NCBI RefSeq assembly: GCF_032444005.1
Contig: NC_091288.1
Span: 207,638,001 to 207,702,000, forward strand
Length of the DNA: 64,000 bases
Direction of reading: 5' to 3'
Source of the DNA: Ranitomeya imitator
Taxonomy: Eukaryota
Shown here in pieces: positions 12,301 to 25,249 of this stretch. Positions within the stretch are counted from its first letter, which is position 1, and every line of letters starts with the position of its first letter. The notes beneath the pieces are model-generated. The model saw only the letters and a list, made by a program, of their open reading frames with translations, did not search any database and was not told the origin of the DNA. The translations under genes and the position numbers were made by a program.

Positions 12301-15300
12301 TTTTATTCCGATTTTTGGGAGGCGGAATGAACAAAAACCAGCAATTCCTGAATTTCTTTTAGGGGGGGCGTTTATATCGTTCCACGTGTGGTAAAATGGA
12401 TAAAGCAGCTTTATTCTTCATGTCAGTACGATTACAGCGATACCTCATTTATGTAATTTTTTTTATGTTTTGGCGCTTTTACACAATAAAAACTATTTTA
12501 TATAAAAAAATAATTGTTTTTGCATCGCATTATTCTGAGAGCTATAACTTTTTTATTTTTCTGCTGATGATGCTGTATGGCGGCTTTTTTTTTGCGGGAC
12601 AAGACGTTTTCAGCGGTACCATGGTTATTTATATCCGTCGTTTTGATCGCGTGTTATTCCACTTTTTGTTCGCCTGTATGATAATAAAGCAATGTTTTTT
12701 GCCTTGTTTTTTATTTATTTTCTTTGCGGTGTTCACTGAAGGGGTTAACTAGTGGGATAGTTTTATAGAGCGGGTCGTTACGGACGCGGCGATACCAAAT
12801 ATGTGTACATTTATTGTTTTTTTTTTATTTACATAAATAAATGGATTTATTGGGAAATGGTTATTTTTTTTTTTTATTTGGGGATTTTTTTTTTTTTATA
12901 CATTCTATTTTTTTTTTACTTTCTACCATTGTCCCAGGGTGGGACATCACTGTATTAGATCAGATCGTTGATCTGACAGTGTGCATAGCACTCTGTCAGA
13001 TCAACGATCTGACAGGCAGTTTAGCTGGCTTTCCAGCGCCTGCTCTCAGCAACTCTCAGCAGGCGCCGGCTAGCCAGGTCATTTCATGACCCGGAAGGAG
13101 TCCGGCGGCCATCTTGGAACCGGGGACTCCTTCCGGGTCACCGGAGCAACGCGATCTCATTGCGTTGCTCCGGTGGGAGAGCGCAGGGAGCCCCCGTCCC
13201 TGCGCGATCCCCCTCTATGCCGCTGTCACTACTGACAGCGGCAACAGAGGGGTTAAATGCCCGCGATCGGCGATAGCGCCGATCGTGGGCATTGCTGCGT
13301 GGTGTCAGCTGTCATATACAGTAGACACCCGCACCCGATCACCGTGGCGCTCAGCGCGAGACCGCGGTGATCGGTGCGCCGTACTAGTACTGCTGCTGGC
13401 ACTAATGCAGTGCCGGCAGCGCAGTACTAGTACGGCGCGTGGCGCGAAGGGGTTAAAGGGTGTTCCAACAGTCCAGCAGGAAGGGGCTGACAATGTCACA
13501 GGATGTGATGTGTCAGGTGTGGAGACGTCTGCTCACCTTCCACAGGACAATGCTGGAATCTGCTGATCCAGTCACCACGGCGCTGTCCAGTCGGTTCCTA
13601 TGAAGCCCCCAGACTTTATCCTCGTGACCGTCCAGTGTCTTAACGCACTCGTTGGTTTTAATGGTCCAAAGTTTCAGCAGACCATCGGAGCCACTGAACA
13701 ATGAAGGGTTAAAGGGTTATTCAACATCTTTATAAATGGGGTACGGTCGGATACAGCTCGTAAATACAAGCACTTTTTTAATTTATTGCTTGTTGAAATT
13801 TTCAGCCGTTCTTGAAATATTAACACTTTTCTTTTGTTTACATCTCGTTGCCTTGGAGACCGACCACCGCTGCTAGACACCAGAACATGCGCAATGCTAA
13901 TAAGCTCTTTTCTATTGAGCTTCTAACACCGTTTTGAAACTGGCTGGGAAAAGCTGGACTTCCTAAATCATGGTCAGCTTGAGCACAGAGCTTACAAGCT
14001 AGACAGCAGCGGTGGTTGGTCTCCTAGGTAACAAACTGTAAACAAAAAAAGAAAAAGTGTTAATATCTTAAGAATGGCTGCAAATTCTAATCTGCGGTAA
14101 ATGGCAAAAGTGCTCATTCTAGCAAGTAGAAGCTGATAATATCCACATCTAAAAATGGAAATAATCCCTTTAAATGGAAGTATACAGCGAAGGAGGAGGA
14201 CGAGCAGAGACGGCTCAGCGATTACCTGGTCATCAGCTGGGTGCCACGACTCACGAATACCACCTTCAGTACAGAGGCGTCATGACCCTCAAAGGTCTGC
14301 GGGAGGGGAAATGAAAGGGAGGGTAACATACAGTATAATGGAAATGTATTGTACTCATGCTGGGAGTTGTAGTTCTCTGTATAGAGGAGGACATCACCTT
14401 TAAGCAGCTGAAGTCATGTAGACCCCAAACTTTGACTGTACCATCTGCAGATGAAGTGGCGACAACTTGGTCCACAGGTGAGAACTGCACGCACCACACG
14501 CCTCGCTTGTGTCCCCTGAAGACGCCCATAAGAGAGAGGTCGGCCGACGACCAGAGCCTGGCGGTTTTATCCTGAGACCCAGAGGCGATCAGCTTGTCGT
14601 TGGGAGAAACCGCAACGCTGTTAATGTCCTGGGGAAGGAAAAGGGGATTATATGTCATTTATACAATATATATGTACAGCCGGTATAACCAGGGCATTTC
14701 CTGTATATAATTATATATGTACAGCCGGTATAACCAGGGCATCTCCTGTATATAATTATATATGTACAGCCGGTATAACCTGGGCATCTCCTGTATATAA
14801 TATGTACAGCTGGTATAACCTGGGCATCTCCTGTATATAATTATATATGTACAGCCGGTATAACCAGGGCATCTCCTGTATATAATTATATATGTACAGC
14901 CGGTATAACCTGGGCATCTCCTGTATATAATTATATATGTACAGCCGGTATAACCTGGGCATCTCCTGTATATAATTATATATGTACAGCCGGTATAACC
15001 TGGACATCTCCTGTATATAATTATAGATGTACAGCCGGTAAAACCTGGGCATCTCCTGTATATAATTATATATGTACAGCCGGTAGAACCTGGGCATCTC
15101 CTGTACATAATTATATGTGTATAGCTGGTATAACCTAGGTATCTCCTGTATATAATTATATATGTACAGCTGGTATAACCTGGGCATCTCCTGTATATAA
15201 TTATATATGTACAGCCAGTATAACCTGGGCATCTCCTGTACATAATTATACATGTACAGCTGGTATAAACTGGGCATCTCCTGTATATAATTATATATGT

Positions 15301-18300
15301 ACAGCCGGTATAACCTGGGCATCTCCTGTATATAATATGTACTGCTGGTATAACCCGGGCATCATCTCGGCCCGCTCTCACCTTTTCATGCCCCTTCTCG
15401 GTCACGCTGGCGTACAGACTCTCCAGTTCGGGGGTCTGGTCTTTGGACTCGGTCACGGTCTCGGGAAGCGTCCAGCGCTTTAGTGTGAAATCTTGGCTTC
15501 CGCTGACAATAAAGGAATTTTTCAATCTAAAAGAAAGAGACAGAAGCTGAAGGCGGCAGCGGTCGGCCATGATGCCCCGTCTGCTGCGCTCAGGAGGGAG
15601 ATACAACACTGCGGTTCACACCGAGATCAGCGGCGCCTGCAGTTTGTTAGCCGCTCATCCATCCTTCCTACCTGGAGCAGGCGATGGCCCCCACACCATT
15701 GGTGTGACCTCCGCCCATGGCGACACAATGCACCCGTCCGGTGGATTTATTCATCCTCCAGATCCTGACTGTGCGATCCTATAAGAAAGCACAAATTGAG
15801 CAAAGCACATGGAGGGCACCTGCTGGAGCGGCTCATATTTTAACACATTTGTTTGCATTGTACCTTGGCAGAGCTGGCAAACATGAGGCCTTTCTTAAAC
15901 ACATCAAGCGCAAGAACAGTCTCTAAAAAATAAATAATAATAAATAATAATGAAAAAATAAATACAATAGAGAAAAATGCTGCCACAATTCAAAAAGAGT
16001 TAACTGAGGATCTCTCGGTGAGCTCATTCATGTGACCACTGCAGCAATCACTAGCCGCAGCGGTGACTCACTTGTCATAGTGGCCAGTGATTGCCGACAG
16101 TGGTCACATGTCCACCTGTCCAGAAGCAGGCTCTGTACTCCTCACTTGTGATTGGCTGCAGCGGTCACATGCACATTCAAGACTGAATAAAATAAAAAAA
16201 TTAAAATCTGCAGAGGATGTGGAAGAAAGTCTGCAGCAGAACTTTGGGGAGGTTCTTGTATTGTGAGGTGTCTGTAGACATTGGCACAACGTACCCGAGT
16301 GGCCGTACAGGATCTGGCAGTTGGAGGTTTCCAGCTCAAAGACTTTTATTTGGGGGCTGTTTGTAGCCACGACGATATGGGAGTCAGAGGGACCCAAGAA
16401 TTTCACGTCCAGAACCTCGTCGTTATATCCTGCAAACTGCGAGTGAGAATGTTAGGAGGCGGCGAAGATCGCGAAAGCTCGGGACGGAACGGACGAGACA
16501 CACCTGCTTCTTCAGCTGCAGATTGTGCAGGTCGTACATGATAATGCTGTGCTCCGCCGTCACCGTCACCACCTCCTGCTGGTTAGGCAGAAGCAGGCAG
16601 TGCGTCAGGCTGTGCTCGTCCCCCTCTACTTCCGAGGACTTCTTACTGGTGTGAGGCGATAGCTGAGTGTATAAACACCTGGACGTGGCGGCATCCCACA
16701 CCTGCAGTATACCTGGCGAATACAGACGTAGCCCAGGATCAGAATAGTGAGTGCAGCTCTGGGGTATAATACAGGATGTAACTCAGGATCAGTAATGTAT
16801 GTACACAGTGACCGTACCAGCAGAATAGTGAGTGCAGCTCTGGGGTATAATACAGGATGTAACTCAGGATCAGTAATGTATGTACACAGTGACCGTACCA
16901 GCAGAATAGTGAGTGCAGCTCTGGGGTATAATACAGGATGTAACTCAGGATCAGTAATGTATGTACACAGTGACTGCACCAGCAGAATAGTGAGTGCAGC
17001 TCTGGGGTATAATACAGGATGTAACTCAGGATCAGTAATGTAATGTATGTACACAGTGACTGCACCAGCAGAATAGTGAGTGCAGCTCTGGGGTATAATA
17101 CAGGATGTAACTCAGGATCAGTAATGTAATGTATGTACACAGTGACTGCACCAGCAGAATAGTGAGTGCAGCTCTGGAGTATAATATAGGATGTAACTCA
17201 GGATAAGTAATGTATGTACACAGTGACTGCACCAGCAGAATAGTGAGTGCAGCTCTGGAGTATAATGCAGGGTGTAACTCAGGATCAGTAATGTAATGTA
17301 TGTACACAGTGACTGCACCAGCAGAATAGTGAGTGCAGCTCTGGGATATAATACAAGATGTAACTCAGGATCAGTAATGTAATGTATGTACACAGTGACT
17401 GCACCAGCAGAATAGTGAGAGCAGCTCTGGAGTATAATACAGGATGTAACTCAGGATCAGTAATGTAATGTATGTACACAGTGACTGCACCAGCAGAATA
17501 GTGAGTGCAGCTCTGGGATATAATACAAGATGTAACTCAGGATCAGTAATGTAATGTATATACACAGTGTCTGCACCAGCAGAATAGTGAGTGCAGCTCT
17601 GGAGTATAATACAGGATGTAACTCAGGATCAGTAATGTAATGTATGTACACAGTGACTGCACCAGCAGAATAGTGAGTGCAGCTCTGGGATATAATACAA
17701 GATGTAACTCAGGATCAGTAATGTAATGTATGTACACAGTGACTGCACCAGCAGAATAGTGAGTGCAGCTCTGGGGTATAATACAGGATGTAACTCAGGA
17801 TCAGTAATGTATGTACACAGTGACTGCACCAGCAGAATAGTGAGTGCAGCTCTGGGATATAATACAAGATGTAACTCAGGATCAGTAATGTAATGTATGT
17901 ACACAGTGACTGCACCAGCAGAATAGTGAGTGCAGCTCTGGGGTATAATACAGGATGTAACTCAGGATCAGTAATGTAATGTATGTACACAGTGACTGCA
18001 CCAGCAGAATAGTGAGTGCAGCTCTGGAGTATAATACAGGAGGTAACTCCGGATCAGTAATGTAATGTATGTACACAGTGACTGCACCAGCAGAATAGTG
18101 AGTGCAGCTCTGGAGTATAATACAGGAGGTAACTCCGGATCAGTAATGTAATGTATGTACACAGTGACTGCACCAGCAGAATAGTGAGTGCAGCTCTGGA
18201 GTATAATACAGGAGGTAACTCAGGATCAGTAATGTAATGTATGCACACAGTGACTGCACCAGCAGAATAGTGAGTGCAGCTCTGGAGTATAATACAGGAT

Positions 18301-21300
18301 GTAACTCAGGATCAGTAATGTAATGTATGTACACAGTGACTGCACCAGCAGAATAGTGAGTGCAGCTCTGGAGTATAATACAGGATGTAACTCAGGATCA
18401 GTAATGTAATGTATGTACACAGTGACTGCACCAGCAGAATAGTGAGTGCAGCTCTGGAGTATAATACAGGAGGTAACTCAGGATCAGTAATGTAATGTAT
18501 GCACACAGTGACTGCACCAGCAGAATAGTGAGTGCAGCTCTGGAGTATAATACAGGATGTAACTCAGGATCAGTAATGTAATGTATGTACACAGTGACTG
18601 CACCAGCAGAATAGTGAGTGCAGCTCTGGAGTATAATACAGGATGTAACTCAGGATCAGTAATGTAATGTATGCACACAGTGACTGCACCAGCAGAATAG
18701 TGAGTGCAGCTCTGGAGTATAATACAGGATGTAACTCAGGATCAGTAATGTAATGTATGTACACAGTGACTGCACCAGCAGAATAGTGAGTGCAGCTCTG
18801 GAGGATAATACAAGATGTAACTCAGGATCAGTAATGTAATGTATGTACACAGTGACTGCACCAGCAGAATAGTGAGTGCAGCTCTGGGATATAATACAAG
18901 ATGTAACTCAGGATCAGTAATGTAATGTATGTACACAGTGACTGCACCAGCAGAATAGTGAGTGCAGCTCTGGGATATAATACAAGATGTAACTCAGGAT
19001 CAGTAATGTAATGTATGTACACAGTGACTGCACCAGCAGAATAGTGAGTGCAGCTCTGGGGTATAATACAGGATGTAACTCAGGATCAGTAATGTAATGT
19101 ATGCACACAGTGACTGCACCAGCAGAATAGTGAGTGCAGCTCTGGGGTATAATACAGGATGTAACTCAGGATCAGTAATGTAATGTATGTACACAGTGAC
19201 TGCACCAGCAGAATAGTGAGTGCAGCTCTGGAGTATAATACAGGATGTAACTCAGGATCAGTAATGTAATGTATGTACACAGTGACTGCACCAGCAGAAT
19301 AATGAGTGCAGCTCTGGCGTATAATACAGGAGGTAACTCAGGATCAGTAATGTATGTGAATAGCGAGTGCGACTTTTTCAAGATATGTTTTAGGTTCAGA
19401 ATGAGCTATGTTAATACAATAACTAGAGTTGAGCGAATTTGTTCGGGTCACCGCTAATTGGGCAAGCTATAGTGCTTACGGAATAAGCTGCAGGGGTAAT
19501 CTGGATACATGGAACGCACTGGGTGATCAGTTGATCGGCACTGCAGATGCATGTGTCGCGGCGGTGTCACTGACACACCACATGCATGGAGAGCCCAGCA
19601 CACAGCTATGTATCCAGGTTCCCTCTGCAGATTATTCAGTAATGCTCAACTCTAACAATAACCCCACTGCCCAGCTGTGTCTGTGACGCATACACTCCCT
19701 GTAATTCCACCTTCTGTCTTACCTTTACTGCCAGCTGTAATGAAGAGAAGAGACTCCGTGTCCTGATCTCTGCCGATCAGATTGGGGGTGTTGGGGAGGA
19801 GCAGGACTTCCTCCACACTCTGTTGAGAAATAAAAAATAAAATGGTTTCTCGTGTATCTAATGTCCACAATAATCACAGAGCGAGCGATCACCGACCTCG
19901 TACACGGGAACCGTCCTCTTGGGGGTCTTCGTCACCAAGTCCCACACGGTGCAGATTTTATCACGACCTGAACTGCAGATAAGAAGCGATCACAATAACT
20001 GATCATCACCGGGGTGTACAAACTTCTAGGAAAGGATTAACATTGTGCAATTAGGGCCTTACCTGATCATGGTGTCCCCATCAGGGGAGAAGCACAAGGA
20101 GGTGACGGCGCTATAATGATTCTCCAACAGACACAGACACTTGCTGGACTTCAGATCCCAGATACGGATCTTATAATCCATGGAGGAGGAGAAGAGCTGC
20201 AGCCGGGACATGTCAGGATGAAACTGCACCAGACTAAAAAGAAAGAAGTGCATGAGAGACTGCAATACCAGACCGAGCCACTGAGTGGTGCCGTTTCCGG
20301 AGAACAGCAGTTGCTCCTTTCTCATCTCCTATGACCCCTTTAAATATTGTATTACCTAAAATACTAAACAGACAGTTTGCTACTGCAATAGATGCTAAAG
20401 CCAATGCTGACGGGAGTGTAACCCCTAAACTTGGCATATAAGACTTACTGGACCACGCCGGAGGAGCCCTTCAGGTTGTGGGTGCAGTACTGCTTCAGGA
20501 CATCCCAGATCTTGATTGTGCTGTCACAGCCACCTACAGGTAGAGAAGGGTAATACAGTTATATGTAGCTGCACAGCGTCAGATCACCGACTCAGCAGCC
20601 AGAAATATGTAATGATCGTAACCAGCACAAAAGTACAAGAAAACAATATTCTAATCAGGATTCTGCAATATGGAAGCTGCACTCTTATTTTACATCTGAC
20701 AGTGGTAGAACTAAGCCACATATTAGAGAATCGATCCGTAGCACCCTGGCACAGCGTCCAGGTCGGTACTTTGTGGCCACCAGCCCTGTGATCTGCCTCC
20801 CCAGCTCCTTTTTCTGATGAGCAGGCCAGCACTCATGCTGCACCGGTGAAGTAACCGGGTGAAGAGGCGGATCACAGGGCTCCGGACCAGCAGCCATGAC
20901 TGCCTACCCGGCAATCTGGACCAGGGTGATGCAGATGGATTCATGGATACCCATCATATTTTCTTTTTATCTGCCATCTTATTCAAAGTGTTGTTAACTT
21001 TTAAAGGTTTACTTCACAGCAGGAAAAAATAGACCGGAGAGGACTCATTGACTTATATGGGAAAGTGTTGGGGCATTCTCTTTGACCTCAGCAAGGAGGG
21101 GGCGGAAGAGGTGAACTACAACAATCGACCATTGTGAATGGTGGAACCTGTGCAATATATCACTTTTGAGCAGTCTCACGATCATCAAAGGTAGACAACA
21201 TAAACTTATAAGTACTGTGTATATGTATGTTACCTGCCTGTGACGATAATGTGACTGCTGAAAAGTGATATACTACACAGAATCCACCACTGACATCACT

Positions 21301-21468
21301 TTTCAGCAGTCTCATCATCACAGGCAGGAAGCATACATTCATGCATATATAGTGTGTGTGTAAGTATGTTACCTGCCTATGATAATGCGACTGCTGAAAA
21401 GGGATATTGCACAGGATCCACCACTTACATCACTTTTCAGCAGTCTCATCATCACAGGCAGGTAAAAT

Positions 21469-21505
<37 letters not shown>

Positions 21506-23278
21506 AAGGTATGTTGCCTGCCTGTGATGATAATGTGACTGCTGAAAAGTGATCTCTACAGAACATGAAGTGTCAGTCTACTGAGAATCAGAGTAAAAGC
21601 TGCAAGATTTCAGGATAAGTTTAATAAAGACAGAGACATGGAAAATAAAACTAAGAGTTAAGAGAACGCTCTATATTTTTTTTAAACAAATTATTTAGAT
21701 TTTTATTATCGTTTTAAAATAATGGTAGATATGATCAGAGAAGAAACGGGGGAGTGTTACCGGTAGCCAGCAATGTAGAGGTAGAGTCGAAGGCCATGCT
21801 GGAGACTGGCGCGGTGTGGATGGCCTTCCAGGTCCGTGTGCATTCGCCTGTCTGCCACTGCCATTGTTTTAGTAGCAAAGCGCGGCTGCTGGTCACCAGG
21901 ATCTACACAGGGAAAACAGAACTTAAAGGGTAAGTTCACCTTTGCAACCAATTTTAGTTAATAGCTCAGATACAATCAAAATAAAATCAAATAGTACAGA
22001 TAATCCTGATTAATAACCCGCTACCATTTTGGGTCTACATCTCCTATACAGAATCTGTCACCATGGTAACAGACTACAAACAAACCCTGTGTAGTCTGAC
22101 CACAAGTACATCTGTAAGCGTCTGGCTTCTTGGCGACCTCCTGAATGTAGAAACAAAAGGAGCAGATATTACTGTAGAATCAGACTACACTGAACTTGCT
22201 TGTAGTCTGTAGTTATGGAAACACACAGGTTTGCACAAGAGCTGCATACACAAAACGGCAGGATTTTTAATTTTATGTTTACCAATACTAATAGCAAAAG
22301 GTCTTATTTTTTCTGTTGAGAGGAGGCCATTTGATGTTATATACTTTACCTCATCGTCTGGGCTGAGTATAAAACTCATGATATCGTCCTGATCATCCTA
22401 GGATACAAAAAAAGACGTAGGAGTTTAGTGAAATGGCGCTCTATATAGGATGGTATCAGGTGGGTGACGCTTCAGTCTCACCTCCCGGCACTGACTGGAG
22501 GGGTCACATGCTCCTGTTATTGCCCCAGCATTGCCCACAGGATCCCCTTTACCTCCTATGGGGAAGCGTTTTAGGACGGCACGTCCCCTACCTGTTCTAT
22601 AGTTCGGGAGATGGCCCCGGTCGCAATCTCCAGGACGTTCAGCTTATTACCGCATATACATAACAGATGGGTCCCATCCTTACTGATCTGTCAGAAAAAA
22701 AAGAAGAAATCATCATCATCAGCCCCTGGCGGCCTCGGACATCATGGACGTCGCTCTGGAAACATCTGCTGAATACCTGAACTTTGCCTCTTTTATAGAA
22801 CGGCTCAATCCTCTTCTCCACGGCGTAACTGGAAAATATAGAGAATGAGTTACAGCGCGTCCACCAGCCAGCGATCTGGTCTGCAGGCCAACATACATCT
22901 GGGGGTCTGCCTGGGAAGGAGGGGGGCTAAACAAATAACTACCCCGCTATACACGTTTAACCGCTCCTGATGACGTCCTGCTCACAGGGCTCCGTACCAG
23001 AGAGGACTGGCGCAGTCACGCACCCAGTGTGAACAGCACGGAATGGAAACACGAGGGTCTCCAGTCACTGACAGCAAGCAGGGGTCTGGAGGCAGGATTT
23101 ATAGAAGATTTACACACTGTCAGCCCCTTTACTGTTAAATATCAATATTACATAGAACTGTGATGTGGTGGTGGAGCTGAGACTTGTAGTACCACTACTA
23201 TACGCAGGATTTGGCAAAATACAGGAAACAAACCACCCCGCCTTACTTGGTCTTAAACTGCACCGCAGGAGCCGCCAT
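6379..23278 (-). CDS. TBL3: Transducin beta-like 3 (UTP13, WD40 SSU-processome protein), 22 coding exons: 23247-23278, 22777-22828, 22592-22687, 22350-22397, 21761-21902, 20449-20533, 20063-20233, 19897-19972, 19723-19819, 16504-16712, 16295-16436, 15864-15922, 15672-15778, 15382-15526, 14398-14628, 14226-14296, 13537-13693, 9168-9226, 8978-9081, 7486-7557, 6617-6775, 6379-6539
   Basis: All exons have canonical splice sites and compatible phases. Translation gives MAAPAVQFKTNYAVEKRIEPFYK, WD40 repeats (DINSVAVSPNDKLIASGSQDKTARLW, TFEGHDASVLKV) and the Utp13 C-terminus (QQELSNLLHEKRFLKALGLAISLDQPHTVL, WNTNSRNCHEAQ). Confidence 0.97.
7973..8713. mobile_element. T2/Kolobok-type MITE (TTAA TSD) carrying an internal 23-bp tandem array
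   Basis: TTAA|GGGGACTTGTC..GTGACAGGTTCCCT|TTAA. Internal sequence resembles the MITE at 32851-33186. Confidence 0.75.
8150..8563. repeat. Minisatellite, 18 x 23 bp (AAAGACCACGCCCACTCAGCTAC)
   Basis: Near-perfect tandem units; source of the spurious 232-aa ORF. Confidence 0.97.
9335..13452. mobile_element. Non-autonomous piggyBac-like element (4118 bp, TTAA TSD) in TBL3 intron 17
   Basis: TTAA|CCCCTTCAC..GCGAAGGGG|TTAA. About five internal 350-430-bp tandem units (about 9870-11770). No transposase ORF. Confidence 0.8.
11787..12008 (+). repeat. Telomere-like degenerate hexamer array (CCCTAA/CCCTAG/CCCCAA) inside the piggyBac-like element
   Basis: aaccctaatcccaa..ccctagccctagccctaaccctagccccaaccccaaccctagccctaaccctaa. 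Confidence 0.85.
13713..14169. mobile_element. T2/Kolobok-type MITE in TBL3 intron 16
   Basis: TTAA|AGGGTTATTC..ATAATCCCT|TTAA with palindromic interior. Related sequence at about 24010-24390 and 25060-25200. Confidence 0.7.
14665..15360. repeat. Minisatellite, about 15 x 45 bp, filling TBL3 intron 14
   Basis: Unit TATATAATTATATATGTACAGCCGGTATAACCTGGGCATCTCCTG. Confidence 0.96.
16737..19360. repeat. Satellite, about 30 x 81-86 bp, in TBL3 intron 9
   Basis: Unit GTATGTACACAGTGACTGCACCAGCAGAATAGTGAGTGCAGCTCTGGAGTATAATACAGGATGTAACTCAGGATCAGTAATGTAAT. Confidence 0.97.
21160..21560. repeat. About three diverged 130-bp tandem units with internal inverted repeats and a (TG)n tract, TBL3 intron 5
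   Basis: Repeated ATGTTACCTGCCTGTGA..ACTGCTGAAAAGTGAT..ATCACTTTTCAGCAGTCTCATCATCACAGGCAGG. Confidence 0.8.
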
Positions 23279-23369
23279 GTCCCTTTTCTAGCCGGTCCTT
23301 CTCCTGCTGATCAGCACCATATAGCAGAAACACACGCGGACAGCAACATCACATGCGTTCCGTACAGAG

Positions 23370-23440
23370 GAGCACACTTCCGGCGCCATCATTCTACGTC
23401 ACCAGCGGGGCAGGAAGTACTACGGGCGCCATCTTGCTGC
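23370..23440 (-). promoter_or_regulatory. Probable TBL3 proximal promoter with ETS (CTTCCGG) and YY1 (CGCCATCTT) motifs
   Basis: CpG-rich stretch about 100-160 nt upstream of the TBL3 ATG; CTTCCGG at 23377-23383 and CGCCATCTT at 23427-23435. Confidence 0.45.
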
Positions 23441-24150
23441 ACCCAAAGCTATGCCTATTTTCACGGTGCAGAGTAAAGTTATATAAAGTGATTATTTTAT
23501 AGGGTGTGGTGGTTGTAAAGGTCCAACAGGGCAAGTTTGTACACTTTTGTTTTACTTTTCAACGTCAAATAAGTCAATGTTTTCCCATATGATTGCCTGC
23601 CTTATAGTTATGATAGGGCTAGACCCTGTGATATAATGCATTGCCCTTATATCTCCACCTTGGCTGCTGTACTGAGTAATCAATGTCTTCATCAAGTCTT
23701 ATTAGTGTTACCCAACCTCCAGCTTTTGCAAAACTACAACTCCAAGCATGTCATGGCAGCCTGTAGTTCTTAGGGCATGCTGGGAGTTGTAGTTTTGCAA
23801 TAACTGAAAGAACACTACTAATAGGAGCTTGGAACATGATGCTCCTCTTCGTTAAGCTAGTCGGCTTTCGTTTTTTGGCTTATGACTTCTCAACCTAAAC
23901 GGTCCAGGGTTCTTTAAAGTTATTTTAAAAAGTAACAGCAAACTGCAAAGGTTTCGCCTTATTTTATGTGGTTTTGTGTAACCTCCGGGAGCCTCAGATC
24001 CTGAGCATTAAAGGGTCATTGCCATCTTCATAATTGTCCGTTGTTAGATAGTCCTTGTAAACACAAGTCATTTTGCAATTTACTACTTTTTAAAAATAGT
24101 CTACTGTTCTTGAGATATTAACACTTTTGTTTATAGCTTGTTAACTAGGA

Positions 24151-24341
24151 CAGTGGTCTCCAACTCCAGGCCTTGAGGGCCGCCAACAGTGCAGGTTTTC
24201 AGGATTTCCTTCGTATTGCACAGGGGTTGGAATCATCACCTGTGCAGATGATCACATTACCACCGATGCAATACTAAAGAAATCCTGAAAACCTAACCTG
24301 CACTGTTGGCAGCCCTCAAGGCCTGGAGTTGGGGACCCTTG
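24151..24341. mobile_element. hAT-type MITE with 8-bp TSD (AACTAGGA), nested in a T2-type MITE
   Basis: AACTAGGA|CAGTGGTCTCCAACTCCAGGCC..GGCCTGGAGTTGGGGACCCTTG|AACTAGGA. Confidence 0.85.
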
Positions 24342-24597
24342 AACTAGGAGATCGACCACCGCTGCTAGGCAGCAGAACATGCACAGCGCTTACAACAGGG
24401 GTGGGGAATTTTTTTTATCTACCAAGGGTCATTTAGATATTTATACTTTGGAGGTTATACAAATTGCGTGCTAACCCTACCAAAAGTGCGTCCTGACGCT
24501 GGCACTGATGTCTGAACATAATATTTCATTGCACGTGCCGCAGCGTCCAGAAGTGAACACTGTGTGTGCGTGCTCACAGAGCAAGAAAAAAAATTAA

Positions 24598-24910
24598 CCC
24601 CTTTCTGACATTAGACGTACTATCCCGTCGAGGTGGGGTGGGCCCCTGTGACCACCGACGGGATAGCACGTCATAGGCGATCGGCCGCGCTCACGTGGGG
24701 AGCGCGGCCGATCACGGCCTGGTGTCAGCTGCCTATCGCAGCTGACATCCGGCACTATGTGCCAGGAGCGGTCACGGACCGCCCACGGCACATTAACCCA
24801 CGGCACATCGCAATCAAACATGATCGCGATGTGCCGGCGGTACAGGGAAGCATCGCGCAGGGAGGGGGCTCCATCAAAATACAGCTGCCAGCCCATGCAC
24901 TGTGGTTATC
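24598..24910. mobile_element. piggyBac-like terminal fragment
   Basis: TTAA|CCCCTTTCTGAC start followed by a GC-rich palindromic subterminal region similar to 13050-13450. The other end was not found. Confidence 0.5.
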
Positions 24911-25249
24911 GAGTACCTGCCCAGGGAACGGATAAAAGGCCATTGAGGGCCTGATGTTCCCCATCCCTGGCTTACAAACAGATTTCTGTTGAGCTTGCGA
25001 TCACTGTTTTGAATCTGCGCAGGATCTCTGGAATGCACTATTACCTCCTACAGCTGGCCAACATTAGCTCCTTGTTTACAAACTAAACAGTCAAAGTGGT
25101 GGTCGGTCTCCTAGGCAACAAGCTGCAAACAACAGAAAAAAATGTTAATATCTCAAGAGTGGCTGCATATTTTAATAAATTGCAAAAATGCTTGTAATTA
25201 CAAGAACTATCTGATGATATGAATTTATGAAAAACGTATTTCTTTTTTT

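Noticed and set aside
13114-13566. 150-aa ORF near the piggyBac-like terminus
   Set aside because: Lies in the GC-rich subterminal palindromes and antisense to TBL3; no transposase motifs.
14659-15609. 316-aa and 188-aa Cys/Tyr-rich ORFs
   Set aside because: TBL3 exon 14 read through into the 45-bp intronic minisatellite.
16626-19457. Dozens of repeated 64-142-aa ORFs; superficially CRISPR-like array
   Set aside because: This is an 81-86-bp head-to-tail satellite with no unique spacers and no cas genes, in a vertebrate intron.
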